From Alphaproteobacteria bacterium (lineage in GTDB: Bacteria; Pseudomonadota; Alphaproteobacteria; JAAXGF01), in the NCBI GenBank assembly GCA_963555825.3, contig CAUVXB020000002.1, positions 1,856,001 to 1,920,000 on the forward strand: a DNA stretch of 64,000 nucleotides, read 5' to 3'. Below are positions 44,724 to 54,728 of this stretch, in pieces. Made by a program: the position numbers and the translations under genes. Every line of letters starts with the position of its first letter. The first letter of the stretch is position 1. The notes below the pieces were generated by a model. That model was given only the letters and a program-made list of their open reading frames with translations, searched no databases and was not told the DNA's origin.

Positions 44724-45653
44724 TCATGCTGCCAAAATCCTTTTTATCACATCCTGTTGCTGTTGTTGAGCCTGTGGGGATGTGGGCAAGGCGCGAGCCT
44801 TGTCCATCATATCCACAGGTTGACCGGCCCCGTAGGCCTCGGCCGGCGTTTGACCGTCGAGGGACGAATGGGGCCGCTCGGTGTTGTAGAAGCCGATCCA
44901 CTCGCCGATGACCCGTTCGGCGTGGAAGCCGTCGGTGAGCTCGTGTAGGTAGACCGCCTCATACTTGAGAGACCGCCACAGGCGCTCGATGAAGATGTTG
45001 TCCATGCAGCGGCCCCGACCGTCCATGGAGATGCGGATGCTCGCGTTCTTGAGCACGCCGGTGAAGTCGAGGCTGGTGAACTGGCTGCCCTGATCCGTAT
45101 TGAATATCTCCGGCTGGCCGTAGCGGGCCAGCGCGTCGCCCAAGGCCTCGGCGCAGAATCCAGCGTCCATGGTGTTCGACAGCCGCCAGGATAAAACGTG
45201 GCGCGTCGCCCAGTCCATGATCGCTACCAGGTACAGAAAGCCACGCTGGACGGGGATATAGGTGATGTCGGCGCACCAGACCCGATTGGGCTGGTCGATA
45301 GCCATCCCTTTGAGAAGATAAGGATAAATCCGGTGCATGGGATGCGGCACGCTGGTTCTCGGCGCCTGATAGATCGCCTCCAGGCCTATCAATCGCATCA
45401 ACCTGCGAACCCGGTGACGGCCGACGCAAACGCCGTCCCGCCGCAACTGGCGGACCATCTGGCGGCTGCCGTAGAACGGGTACTTCATGAACAACTCGTC
45501 GATCCGACGCATCAGCGCCAGACTCGAAGGGCTCTCCCCCCTGGGCGCATAATAGAACGAGGACCGGCCGATCGAAAGCAGGCGGCATTGACGGCTCAAG
45601 CTCAGCTCGGGGGCGTCGCGTGTGATCATCGCCTTGCGCTCCCCCCGGCTCAT
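44724..45653 (-). CDS. IS3 OrfB transposase (inner element)
   Basis: WCADITY, NTDQGSQF and DNIFIERLWRSLKYE motifs. Confidence 0.92.
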   Translation of the reverse strand: MSRGERKAMITRDAPELSLSRQCRLLSIGRSSFYYAPRGESPSSLALMRRIDELFMKYPFYGSRQMVRQLRRDGVCVGRHRVRRLMRLIGLEAIYQAPRTSVPHPMHRIYPYLLKGMAIDQPNRVWCADITYIPVQRGFLYLVAIMDWATRHVLSWRLSNTMDAGFCAEALGDALARYGQPEIFNTDQGSQFTSLDFTGVLKNASIRISMDGRGRCMDNIFIERLWRSLKYEAVYLHELTDGFHAERVIGEWIGFYNTERPHSSLDGQTPAEAYGAGQPVDMMDKARALPTSPQAQQQQQDVIKRILAA

Positions 45654-45931
45654 CGCTTGAGCCCTCTGGCTAAAAAATCCCGTTCCACCGTCAGCTCGCC
45701 GATCTTGGCGTGAAGGTCGCGGACCTCGGATTCATGATCCCGGCAAGCGCGGTTGGCGCCGTTCGAAAACACTTCGCCCAGACCGTCCACCGCCTGGCGC
45801 TTCCAGGCGCTCACCTGGTTCGGATGCACCTTGTGCTTGGCCGCGATCTGCTGGATCGTCTTGTCGCCCCGCAGCGCTTCCAGCGCCACCCGGGCCTTGA
45901 ATTCCGCCGTAAACCGGCGTCGATTCGTCAT
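45650..45931 (-). CDS. IS3 OrfA (inner element)
   Basis: RRRFTAEFKARVALEA HTH; KIGELTVERDFL. Confidence 0.9.
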   Translation of the reverse strand: MTNRRRFTAEFKARVALEALRGDKTIQQIAAKHKVHPNQVSAWKRQAVDGLGEVFSNGANRACRDHESEVRDLHAKIGELTVERDFLARGLKR

Positions 45932-46171
45932 CTCGTATTCCTCCGTTATCCGGTGGAATACACCTTAGCTCCCTGTCCGATTTTCTGGGACCACCTCAAA
46001 GAGCCTTTTCGCCGACAAGCGCCGCCGGTCGGGGACGGCGGATGAGCGGACCATCGCCAAGTTGCATGAGAAGATCGGCGAGTTGACGATGGAGCGCGAC
46101 TTCTTAAAAAAAGCATTGGAGAGCTGAGCCGTGACAAAAGAAAAGCACTTCTCCGGCGCGAAGGTGGCGAC

Positions 46172-47059
46172 TTGAGCCTGCGCCGCCAATGCGCCCTTTT
46201 GGATATCAACCGCAGCACGGTGTACTACCGGCGGCGTTCCGGGACGGATGACGAGGTCGACATGATGAACCGCATCCGGGACATCTGGGAGGCCCGTCCG
46301 TTCTACGGCTACCGCAAGATCGCCGAGGTCTTGCGCCGCGCCGGCCATGTCGTCAACCACAAGCGGGTGCGCCGCCTGATGAAGGCGATGGGGATCGCGG
46401 CGTTGTACGCCACGCCCAAGACCAGCCGCCCGGGGCGGGACCACGTTGTCCATCCTTATCTTCTGCAGGATCTGGACATTGTCCGCCCCGGTCAGGTCTG
46501 GCAGGTGGACATCACTTACATCAAGTTGCCGGTGGGCTTCGCTTATTTGGTGGCGCTGATCGATGTTTACAGCCGCCGGATCATGGGCTGGCGCCTGTCC
46601 AACTCGATGAGCCGGACGTTCTGTCTCGAGGCGCTGGAGGATGCGCTTGCCCAAGGGGTTGCGGACATCGTCAACTCGGACCAGGGGGCGCAGTTCACGG
46701 CCAAGGACTGGGTATCGGCGCTGGAGGACTGCGGCATTCGGGTTTCCATGGACGGCAAAGGGCGTTGCCTGGACAACATCTTCATTGAGCGCTTCTGGCG
46801 CTCGATCAAATACGAGGAAGTCTATCTCCGGGTCTATGAGAGCCTGCCCGAGGCGCGGCGCTGCATCGGCGCCTACATCGACTTCTACAACAGCCAGAGA
46901 CCGCACCAGTCGCTGGATTACAATACGCCCGACGAGGTTTATTTCGAAGGCGGCCACCGGCCCGTGGATATGATGGATAAGCCTGACGGCTTACCCACAT
47001 CCCCACAGGCGCAACAACAGCAATCAGGAGACAAAAATTATCTTAAACAGGCCGCATAA
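46172..47059 (+). CDS. IS3 OrfB transposase (outer element)
   Basis: WQVDITY, NSDQGAQF and DNIFIERFWRSIKYE motifs. Confidence 0.9.
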   Translation: MSLRRQCALLDINRSTVYYRRRSGTDDEVDMMNRIRDIWEARPFYGYRKIAEVLRRAGHVVNHKRVRRLMKAMGIAALYATPKTSRPGRDHVVHPYLLQDLDIVRPGQVWQVDITYIKLPVGFAYLVALIDVYSRRIMGWRLSNSMSRTFCLEALEDALAQGVADIVNSDQGAQFTAKDWVSALEDCGIRVSMDGKGRCLDNIFIERFWRSIKYEEVYLRVYESLPEARRCIGAYIDFYNSQRPHQSLDYNTPDEVYFEGGHRPVDMMDKPDGLPTSPQAQQQQSGDKNYLKQAA

Positions 47060-47564
47060 TGGTCTGGACAACGGGGCGCACTTTAGTAGGTGGATGCTTA
47101 TCCATAAATTCGATTTGGCCTCCATCTTCTTTCATCTTCTGAAATTGCGAACGTTTCCAGCGAAGGTACCAAACTCGAAATTCCGCCCAACCGAATCGAT
47201 AAACGGTATAAATGACCATAATGGTCAAACCGACGCTAAATGAAATCAGCGCGACGAACGGCTCGATCCCCTCCGTGGCGTCAACTTGGCGAGCACCGAT
47301 GTATGCCGCGACCGTGACAGCACCACCAGCATTCACCAAAGTTAGAGACCTCAATGCGTGAGCCACCCACTCCAAGCGATCAGCGTGCCGAGCGCTGAGA
47401 GCATCGTTTAAAGAGCTATTGTCAAAAGTTGTGTATGGGCTGATCATGCGGCGGCGCGATCCTGGCGTTCTCCATCTACGAATTTGACGCCGCGAATGAT
47501 CTCGGCGAGATGGTTCGATTGAGTCGGACCCGATTTCCTTGGACACAGAATTGGCTTAATCGAA

Positions 47565-47996
47565 GTGTCCAAGGAGGACCGGAACATGACCGACAATTTT
47601 GAGAACAAAGTTGCTGTTGATGGGCCTGTGGTAAACGAGGGCGAGCTTGGCTCGTCCACGTTTTCCCCGGGCCAGGTTTCGCCGGCAGGCCCGCTGGGAC
47701 TTGGCCAGCGGTGGACGGTGACGCGCAAGCGTGAGGTTGCCCTGCGGCTTTTGCGTGGCGAGCCGGTGGAACTTTTGTCGCGGCAGTTGGGCGTGGAGAT
47801 TTTCCGGCTCGAGCAGTGGCGTGAGAAGGCGATCGCCGGGATCGATGCCTCGCTCAAGGAACGCAAGGGCGATCCGGTGAAGGCGGAACTGGACATCGCC
47901 ATGAAGCGGATCGGGGAGTTGATCATGCAGGTGGAACTGCTGGAGGCCAAGACGGAGACGTCCGGCCCTTTGGGGCGGCGGAGGTCGCGGCGATGA
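47565..47996 (+). CDS. IS3-like OrfA (copy A)
   Basis: RKREVALRLLRGE HTH; KRIGELIMQVELL zipper-like segment. Confidence 0.8.
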   Translation: MSKEDRNMTDNFENKVAVDGPVVNEGELGSSTFSPGQVSPAGPLGLGQRWTVTRKREVALRLLRGEPVELLSRQLGVEIFRLEQWREKAIAGIDASLKERKGDPVKAELDIAMKRIGELIMQVELLEAKTETSGPLGRRRSRR

Positions 47997-48904
47997 GTGC
48001 CGCCACCTCTCCCGGCACGGGTTTGGCCTACGGCCTCCAGCGGGTCTGTGCGGCCTGGGGTTTTGCCCGTTCCTCGTTCTACGCCATGAAATCCCGGCAG
48101 CAGGCCACCGCTGAGCGCCCACCAGCAAAGCGCCGGGGACCGAAGCCCTCGATCTCGGACGAGGCTCTGCTGGTGGCCATCGAGGCCGACCTGGAGGCAT
48201 CCCCCTGGGAGGGCGAGGGACACCGCAAGGTCTGGGCTCGGCTTCGGGTCTGTCGTGGCATCCGTGTTTCCCGCAAGCGGGTGCTCCGGGTGATGCGCGA
48301 GAACAACCTGCTCTCGCCCCATCGCTGCCGCCGCCGTGGCGGAAATCCCCATGTCGGTGAGATCATCACCCATGCCCCCAACCTCATGTGGGGCACGGAC
48401 GGCGTTCGGGTGTTCACGGTGGACGACGGCTGGGGCTGGATATTCACCGCCATCGAGCATTGGAACGCCGAGTGCGTCGGCTGGCATGTGTGCAAGCGAG
48501 GCGACCGCTTCGCCGCCCTTCAGCCGATCTCCATGGGGCTTGCGAGGCTGTATGCCTCGACCTCCGCCGGTGCGGCGCGGGGGCTGGCCTTGCGGATGGA
48601 TCACGGCTCCCAGTATCTGTCGGACCACTTCACCAACCAGATCAAGTTCTGGGGCATCCAGCCGTCCTACGCCTTCGTCGAACAGCCCCAGACCAACGGC
48701 GTCGCCGAGAGGTTCAATCGCACGCTCAAGGAACAGATCATCCATGGCCGCATCTACCGCAACATCGCGGAGCTGCGGAACGCCGTCCGCGGGTTCGTCG
48801 AACAGTACAATGCCCAGTGGATCGTGGAGAAGAACGGCTACCTGAGCCCCGCTCAAGCTCGTCAGGCGTGGCACACCGCGATGTCACTCAGGCCCGCCGC
48901 ATGA
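47993..48904 (+). CDS. IS3-like integrase-core transposase (copy A)
   Basis: WGTD, MDHGSQY and NGVAERFNRTLKE motifs. Confidence 0.88.
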   Translation: MSAATSPGTGLAYGLQRVCAAWGFARSSFYAMKSRQQATAERPPAKRRGPKPSISDEALLVAIEADLEASPWEGEGHRKVWARLRVCRGIRVSRKRVLRVMRENNLLSPHRCRRRGGNPHVGEIITHAPNLMWGTDGVRVFTVDDGWGWIFTAIEHWNAECVGWHVCKRGDRFAALQPISMGLARLYASTSAGAARGLALRMDHGSQYLSDHFTNQIKFWGIQPSYAFVEQPQTNGVAERFNRTLKEQIIHGRIYRNIAELRNAVRGFVEQYNAQWIVEKNGYLSPAQARQAWHTAMSLRPAA

Positions 48905-50211
48905 GACAAACTTGTGTCCAAGGAACCGGGTGCGATACAGCGAGATGATTCGATCCATCGAGTTTTCTCCATTTTCTCTGAGCGCACTGGCATAGTTTGA
49001 AGACCATGGCCATCGCCGTCTTGCGCGACAGGCAGCCCTTGGTCCGGTAGGTGCGCAGACGAACCGTGGCGAACGTGCTCTCGATGGGGTTGGTCGTGCG
49101 TACATGCTTCCAGTGCTCGGCGGGGAAGTCGTAGAACGTCAGCAGGACGTCGCGGTCCTTGGCCAGGCAGGCCGCGGCCTTGTCGTACTTCGGCCCGTAG
49201 GCTTCCAGGAAGAAGTCGAAGGCGCTCTCGGCATCCTTCCTGGTTTCGGCCATCCAGATGTCTTGCAGGCGCCCCTTGGCTTTCTTTTGCAGACCCTTGG
49301 GCAGCTTGTTCAAGACGTTGCCCGTCTTGTGAACCCAGCAGCGTTGCTCGCGGGCGCCTGGGTAGACTTGGCGGAGCGCCTTCCAGAAGCCGAGCGCGCC
49401 GTCGCCGAGCGCCAGTTGCGGACCCATTTCAAGGCCGCGCCGCTTGAGATCGAGCAGAACTTCGAGCCAGGACTGCTCACTTTCGCGATAGCCGTCGGCG
49501 ATGGCGATCAGTTCCTTCTGTCCCTTGTCCGTGGCCCCGACGATCACCAGGATGCACTGCTTCTCTTCCTCCATGCGGGCGCTGAAATAGATGCCGTCCA
49601 CCCAGAAATAGACGTAGCGCTTGGCCGTGAGGTCGCGCCGTTGCCAGCGCTCCGCCTCAACCCCCCAGACCTCTTTCAGCCGGGTGATCGTGGAGGCCGA
49701 AAGCCCCGGCGCGGAGCTCCCCAGGAGCGCCGCCAAGGCTTCCCCGAAGTCGCCGGTGGAAATGCCCTTCAGATACAGCCATGGCAAAAGGTCTTCCAGG
49801 CTCTTGGCGCGGCGCAGATAGCGCGGCAGGATCGCCGACGTGAAGCGGATGGCGCCGTCCCCCCGGTCCCGCACACGGGGTTGGCGCACGCTCACCGGGC
49901 CGATCCCGGTCTGGATGAAGCGTTCCGGCAGATATCCATTGCGGACAACCCGGCGGCGGCCGGCGGCGTCAACAAGCGCCGCATGGCTACCCAAAAACAC
50001 GGAGACCTCGGCCTCAACGGCTTGGGCCAACAACTCGCGAGCTCCAGCTTGTAGGACTTCCGTCAACGGATCTTTCTGAAAATCAGATGGGTTTTGAAAA
50101 GCAACAACGGTATTCTCTTTCATGGCGTATCCTTCCTTGGCTTAGCTCAAGTGGTGACATCAACAATCACCAGGATACGCCGCCTTCATTTCAACGCCGT
50201 ACACAAGATTC

Positions 50212-52012
50212 GACGGGGCGGTAAAAAGTTGTTGGCCGATGGCGTGCTTGTACAGGTCTTTGCGGTTCGGTGAAGAATATTTGCCTGTCTCCGCGTTGCT
50301 GGTGGATAAAACCTGATATTACCTACCCTTGGCTTCTCCTTGGCTTCGTTTTTTATGGTGCGATTGCCGCGCAGCGTCGGATATTGAGGCCGAGGGCACG
50401 CAGATTGACCACGTAGCGCATGGCCGGCATGCCGCGAATGCGTAGGTGAGCCAGGTTCATCTGGTACTTTAATCGCGACATGGTCGCTTCTATGCCGGCC
50501 CGCCATCTGTAGACGTTGCGGAAGGCATCGCTTTGTTCATAAAGCCGGCGCTTTTGGTTGGCAGCCCTGGCCGGGGTATATTGAAAGCGGGAAAATTGGC
50601 CGTCACGCTTGGCCGCCTGCACGGGACATCGCAGTATATCGGGACATTTTTGGCAGATGGAGAGGTCGAAACGGGCCTGCAGCTTGGCTTTGGCGAGCGA
50701 GGCTGAAACCGGTTCGACGTTATTGGGACAGCGCAAGACCAAGCCTTCTTCGTTGAGAGTGAAATCCTCCAACGTCAACCGTCCCGAGACGGCGCCTTTC
50801 GGCGGTCGTGCGGGCGCCACGAGATTGATGTTCTGTTCGCGCGTCAGAGCCATGTTGTCACTGGAACCGTAATGTGAATCACCCAGCATCACCGCCGGCG
50901 TCAGCGCGCGCTCGCTCAGATCATCCAGCGCATCGGCTAAGCGATGGCCGTCATGCACCGTCATCTTGTGGACCTCCACGTGGGTGATGAGGTCCGGTGT
51001 CGCGGCAACCGCCTCGTTACTGACATCTTCACAATAGGTTTCGACGATCTGCGCCATGTATCCTTGACCCTTGTGCGCGTTGTAGCTCGCGTCCGGGTCG
51101 GCCGGATTGCCGACGGTATCGCACGGCACATCCTTTGGATCTCGAATCGCGGCGCGCGTTGCGTCACGATCGCCATACTCATCATCAACGATCTCGAACT
51201 GATCGCGCAGAACCCTCTCCAGGATCGCAAAACTGAAAAGCTTTGCCGCCGCCGTGTCACGGAATTGCAGCACCAGGGCTAGGAGATACTGACCCGCTTC
51301 GCCGAGGCGCCGTTTTGAAACACTCGGCGCCGTATTCGCGAACGCGCCATTACCCTCGCGATCGACATAGCGGCGGATCACCTCCTTGCTGATCTGCTCG
51401 TGCAGACCGGGATGATATCGCTCAAGCTCACGGGCAAACTTCGAGATGCTCTCAACAACGATACCAAGTCGTGTCAGCGCCCGCATTGCCGAACGAAGGG
51501 CCGTCGAATCCATGCGTTGGTGGCTGGTATCGACAGAGAACCCCTGCACCAGCCGATCCGTCAAACACCGGAACAGCAATTCATCGAGACCTTGTTCGAT
51601 AAACAGACGGCGATAGTTGCGCAGGGTTTTCTCACAGAAATAGCTGTCCGCTTCGCTGCGCACGTCCAAGGCATAGTGCCACGCCATATTGAAGGCCAGG
51701 GCCTCGACGGTCTCTGCATCGCTCAGATCGTGCAGCTGCTGCAAAAGCAAGACCCCGATGACAACGTGTAGATCCTTCGATGGTCGGCCCATGCGTTCAT
51801 CAAGGTGACGGCAAAGATCGTCAACCGGAAGTTCGACAAGCAGATGGTTCCGAAAAACCCCGGCCCAGGATTGCTCCATCAGGCGCCGACGTTTGTCCCC
51901 GAAATCGGACCAGCGATCAAACAATTCCCCAGTCCGTCGGTCGCGTAAAGTAAACATGCACAATTATAATCCAGCCGACTCTCATGAGGAATCGACTTTT
52001 TACCGCCCCGTC
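50212..52012 (-). mobile_element. IS1182/IS5-like insertion sequence
   Basis: Perfect 18-bp TIR GACGGGGCGGTAAAAAGT; TSD AAGATTC (7 bp, or 9 bp CAAGATTCG depending on the boundary). Confidence 0.88.
50353..51963 (-). CDS. IS1182/IS5-like transposase
   Basis: GRPS...LQQLHDLSD N-terminal domain; RMDST, DPDA, GDSHY and YRWRAGIEATMS motifs. Confidence 0.85.
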   Translation of the reverse strand: MCMFTLRDRRTGELFDRWSDFGDKRRRLMEQSWAGVFRNHLLVELPVDDLCRHLDERMGRPSKDLHVVIGVLLLQQLHDLSDAETVEALAFNMAWHYALDVRSEADSYFCEKTLRNYRRLFIEQGLDELLFRCLTDRLVQGFSVDTSHQRMDSTALRSAMRALTRLGIVVESISKFARELERYHPGLHEQISKEVIRRYVDREGNGAFANTAPSVSKRRLGEAGQYLLALVLQFRDTAAAKLFSFAILERVLRDQFEIVDDEYGDRDATRAAIRDPKDVPCDTVGNPADPDASYNAHKGQGYMAQIVETYCEDVSNEAVAATPDLITHVEVHKMTVHDGHRLADALDDLSERALTPAVMLGDSHYGSSDNMALTREQNINLVAPARPPKGAVSGRLTLEDFTLNEEGLVLRCPNNVEPVSASLAKAKLQARFDLSICQKCPDILRCPVQAAKRDGQFSRFQYTPARAANQKRRLYEQSDAFRNVYRWRAGIEATMSRLKYQMNLAHLRIRGMPAMRYVVNLRALGLNIRRCAAIAP

Positions 52013-52227
52013 AAGATTCGGTTATAGCTCTCGTTTAAATAGCCTCGAGCGTTGATTATGTCTCTGTCATCATGAGTACGGTCGAATTTCGCCTTGAGGA
52101 AGCTTCCCTCGTTCAAATTGTGGCGCGGCGGAAGGACTCGAATCCCCGACTACTCCCTCTACCAACTGGACTACGGAGGCTCGCACCCCGTGCGCCACGA
52201 GTCGAGCGCTCCGACCTTCAGGCAGCA

Positions 52228-52584
52228 CTACGACGTCGACGGAAAGAACCAGGCTAGCGCCCACCCGAGGAGCGCGCCAAGAATTACAAGGACAGCGTCT
52301 TTCCCGATCTCTCGCGCCCACGACCACTTGCGCGCGGCTAATCGCTTGTCGTGGAGAGACTCAGTTACCATGATTCGCGCCCGTCGCGTCCACGCTTGAA
52401 TCTCGTGGAGTCGCCTTTCGTCGTCGACCCAGTGGGGCGTCTCGTCGAGCTGGAACTCAAGCATTTGAACGAACCACTCCAGGTCGTCGAGAGAAGCCCG
52501 CTCGATTACCGCACCCATCTCCTTGTTGCCTTGAAGCCGGGCCGCTTGCAGCAGCGCTGTCCGTCCCGGTGGTCGACCGGTCAT
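52228..52584 (-). CDS. Hypothetical protein with a C-terminal membrane anchor
   Basis: 118-aa ORF ending in hydrophobic AVLVILGALLGWALAWFF. Confidence 0.5.
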   Translation of the reverse strand: MTGRPPGRTALLQAARLQGNKEMGAVIERASLDDLEWFVQMLEFQLDETPHWVDDERRLHEIQAWTRRARIMVTESLHDKRLAARKWSWAREIGKDAVLVILGALLGWALAWFFPSTS

Positions 52585-52636
52585 CTATCGTTCCTCAAAT
52601 GCGAACCTGCGCGTTCATGATATCATTGCCGACGTA

Positions 52637-54237
52637 ATGAACAGTCTGTTTGATAATGCGGTGCAGTCTATACAGCTGGGTGTATCGCACCCGGTTCCTT
52701 GGACACAAGTTTGTCTCATGCGGCGGGCCTGAGTGACATCGCGGTGTGCCACGCCTGACGAGCTTGAGCGGGGCTCAGGTAGCCGTTCTTCTCCACGATC
52801 CACTGGGCATTGTACTGTTCGACGAACCCGCGGACGGCGTTCCGCAGCTCCGCGATGTTGCGGTAGATGCGGCCATGGATGATCTGTTCCTTGAGCGTGC
52901 GATTGAACCTCTCGGCGACGCCGTTGGTCTGGGGCTGTTCGACGAAGGCGTAGGACGGCTGGATGCCCCAGAACTTGATCTGGTTGGTGAAGTGGTCCGA
53001 CAGATACTGGGAGCCGTGATCCATCCGCAAGGCCAGCCCCCGCGCCGCACCGGCGGAGGTCGAGGCATACAGCCTCGCAAGCCCCATGGAGATCGGCTGA
53101 AGGGCGGCGAAGCGGTCGCCTCGCTTGCACACATGCCAGCCGACGCACTCGGCGTTCCAATGCTCGATGGCGGTGAATATCCAGCCCCAGCCGTCGTCCA
53201 CCGTGAACACCCGAACGCCGTCCGTGCCCCACATGAGGTTGGGGGCATGGGTGATGATCTCACCGACATGGGGATTTCCGCCACGGCGGCGGCAGCGATG
53301 GGGCGAGAGCAGGTTGTTCTCGCGCATCACCCGGAGCCCCCGCTTGCGGGAAACACGGATGCCACGACAGACCCGAAGCCGAGCCCAGACCTTGCGGTGT
53401 CCCTCGCCCTCCCAGGGGGATGCCTCCAGGTCGGCCTCGATGGCCACCAGCAGAGCCTCGTCCGAGATCGAGGGCTTCGGTCCCCGGCGCTTTGCTGGTG
53501 GGCGCTCAGCGGTGGCCTGCTGCCGGGATTTCATGGCGTAGAACGAGGAACGGGCAAAACCCCAGGCCGCACAGACCCGCTGGAGGCCGTAGGCCAAACC
53601 CGTGCCGGGAGAGGTGGCGGCACTCATCGCCGCGACCTCCGCCGCCCCAAAGGGCCGGACGTCTCCGTCTTGGCCTCCAGCAGTTCCACCTGCATGATCA
53701 ACTCCCCGATCCGCTTCATGGCGATGTCCAGTTCCGCCTTCACCGGATCGCCCTTGCGTTCCTTGAGCGAGGCATCGATCCCGGCGATCGCCTTCTCACG
53801 CCACTGCTCGAGCCGGAAAATCTCCACGCCCAACTGCCGCGACAAAAGTTCCACCGGCTCGCCACGCAAAAGCCGCAGGGCAACCTCACGCTTGCGCGTC
53901 ACCGTCCACCGCTGGCCAAGTCCCAGCGGGCCTGCCGGCGAAACCTGGCCCGGGGAAAACGTGGACGAGCCAAGCTCGCCCTCGTTTACCACAGGCCCAT
54001 CAACAGCAACTTTGTTCTCAAAATTGTCGGTCATGTTCCGGTCCTCCTTGGACACTTCGATTAAGCCAATTCTGTGTCCAAGGAAATCGGGTCCGACTCA
54101 CAGTCGGTTGTGCATGGTGTAATTTCGTATTGGAAGAATGTGCGCGGTGTATGACCGGCCTCACTCCCGAGAACGTCTCCGCTGATAACACGAACCTGTG
54201 CGCCTATTGTGATCACATTATGTCTAAAGATGATTAG
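52637..54237 (+). pseudogene. Remnant of a Zn-finger-tailed hypothetical gene, middle replaced by an IS
   Basis: N-terminus MNSLFDNAVQSIQLG (52637-52680) and C-terminus VGCAWC...CARC...LCAYCDHIMSKDD* (54103-54237) flank the IS with no TSD. Confidence 0.6.
52681..54100 (-). mobile_element. IS3-family element, copy B (inverted, near-identical to copy A)
   Basis: Same ends and ORFs (53624-54055, 52716-53627); one amino-acid difference seen (RKRVL vs RKRGL). Confidence 0.92.
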
Positions 54238-54422
54238 AGTCGGCTTGGTCTGCCATGCAGTGTCTGCCGGTTGATTTAAAGGCAGGGTTGGCACCAAGGA
54301 ACTCATCATTGCCCGGATGGAAAGGCCCCGGTCTTCAAAGCACGGTCTCGAAGCCTTCGAACAACACCCGCGCGTTAACCGCCGGTCTGGCGGCACACGG
54401 CCCAATTGGCTAATGTGCTGCC

Positions 54423-54620
54423 ATGTCTTTCCTCCTTCGCCAAATCGCCCGCTACGCGACACAAAAACTAGCCTCCGATCCCCGGGCGAGGGAAAAGGCG
54501 GCCAAGGCCGCGCGCGTCGTCGTCGACGAGGCCAGGCAGATCGCCCGCGGGGAAGACAGAGCCCGCGCCGCCGGGCGGGCCCTCCGTCGCGTCATGAATA
54601 AGATGCAGGGCGATCGATAG
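54423..54620 (+). CDS. Small basic hypothetical protein (65 aa)
   Basis: ATG-started ORF with GC3-rich codons; no recognised motif. Confidence 0.5.
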   Translation: MSFLLRQIARYATQKLASDPRAREKAAKAARVVVDEARQIARGEDRARAAGRALRRVMNKMQGDR

Positions 54621-54728
54621 AATTCCAAATCAGTGAATCAGTGTTGCCAAGCGCGCGGGGGCCATCTCGACCGAGACAGCCGTGCGAAAGCCCGCAGCCT
54701 CGAGCCCAATGTCCAGGCCCCCGGCTCC

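Larger units (their letters stand above)
44662..45998 (-). mobile_element. IS3-family element (inner)
   Basis: TIRs TGAGGTGGTCCCA...GGACAG at both ends; TSD AAG (44659-44661, 45999-46001). Confidence 0.92.
44431..47085 (+). mobile_element. IS3-family element (outer), orfA interrupted by a second IS3
   Basis: TIRs TATGCTGCGCCCCGTTTTTCGGACCA / TAAAGTGCGCCCCGTTGTCCAGACCA; TSD GTA; orfA from 44503; A7G slippery site at 46106-46113. Confidence 0.88.
47520..48939 (+). mobile_element. IS3-family element, copy A (1420 bp)
   Basis: TG...CA ends with a TTCCTTGGACAC inverted repeat; two ORFs. Confidence 0.9.
47444..50123 (-). pseudogene. IS256 transposase interrupted near its C-terminus
   Basis: RNGY, WVDG, GDG.LG, QRCWVH and RTTNPIES motifs; tail SNHLAEIIRGVKFVDG at 47444-47519. 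Confidence 0.88.
47413..52030 (-). mobile_element. IS256-family element carrying two nested ISs
   Basis: TIRs GAGCTATTGTCAAAAGTTGTGTA / GAGCTATAACCGAATCTTGTGTA (the latter reconstructed); 9-bp TSD TCGTTTAAA (47404-47412, 52031-52039). Confidence 0.88.
44331..52116 (-). pseudogene. Membrane-protein gene (~166 aa) split into three pieces by IS insertions
   Basis: Removing the ISs and one copy of each TSD joins 52116-52031, 47403-47086 and 44427-44331 into one 501-nt open frame; TTG start is inferred. Confidence 0.7.
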
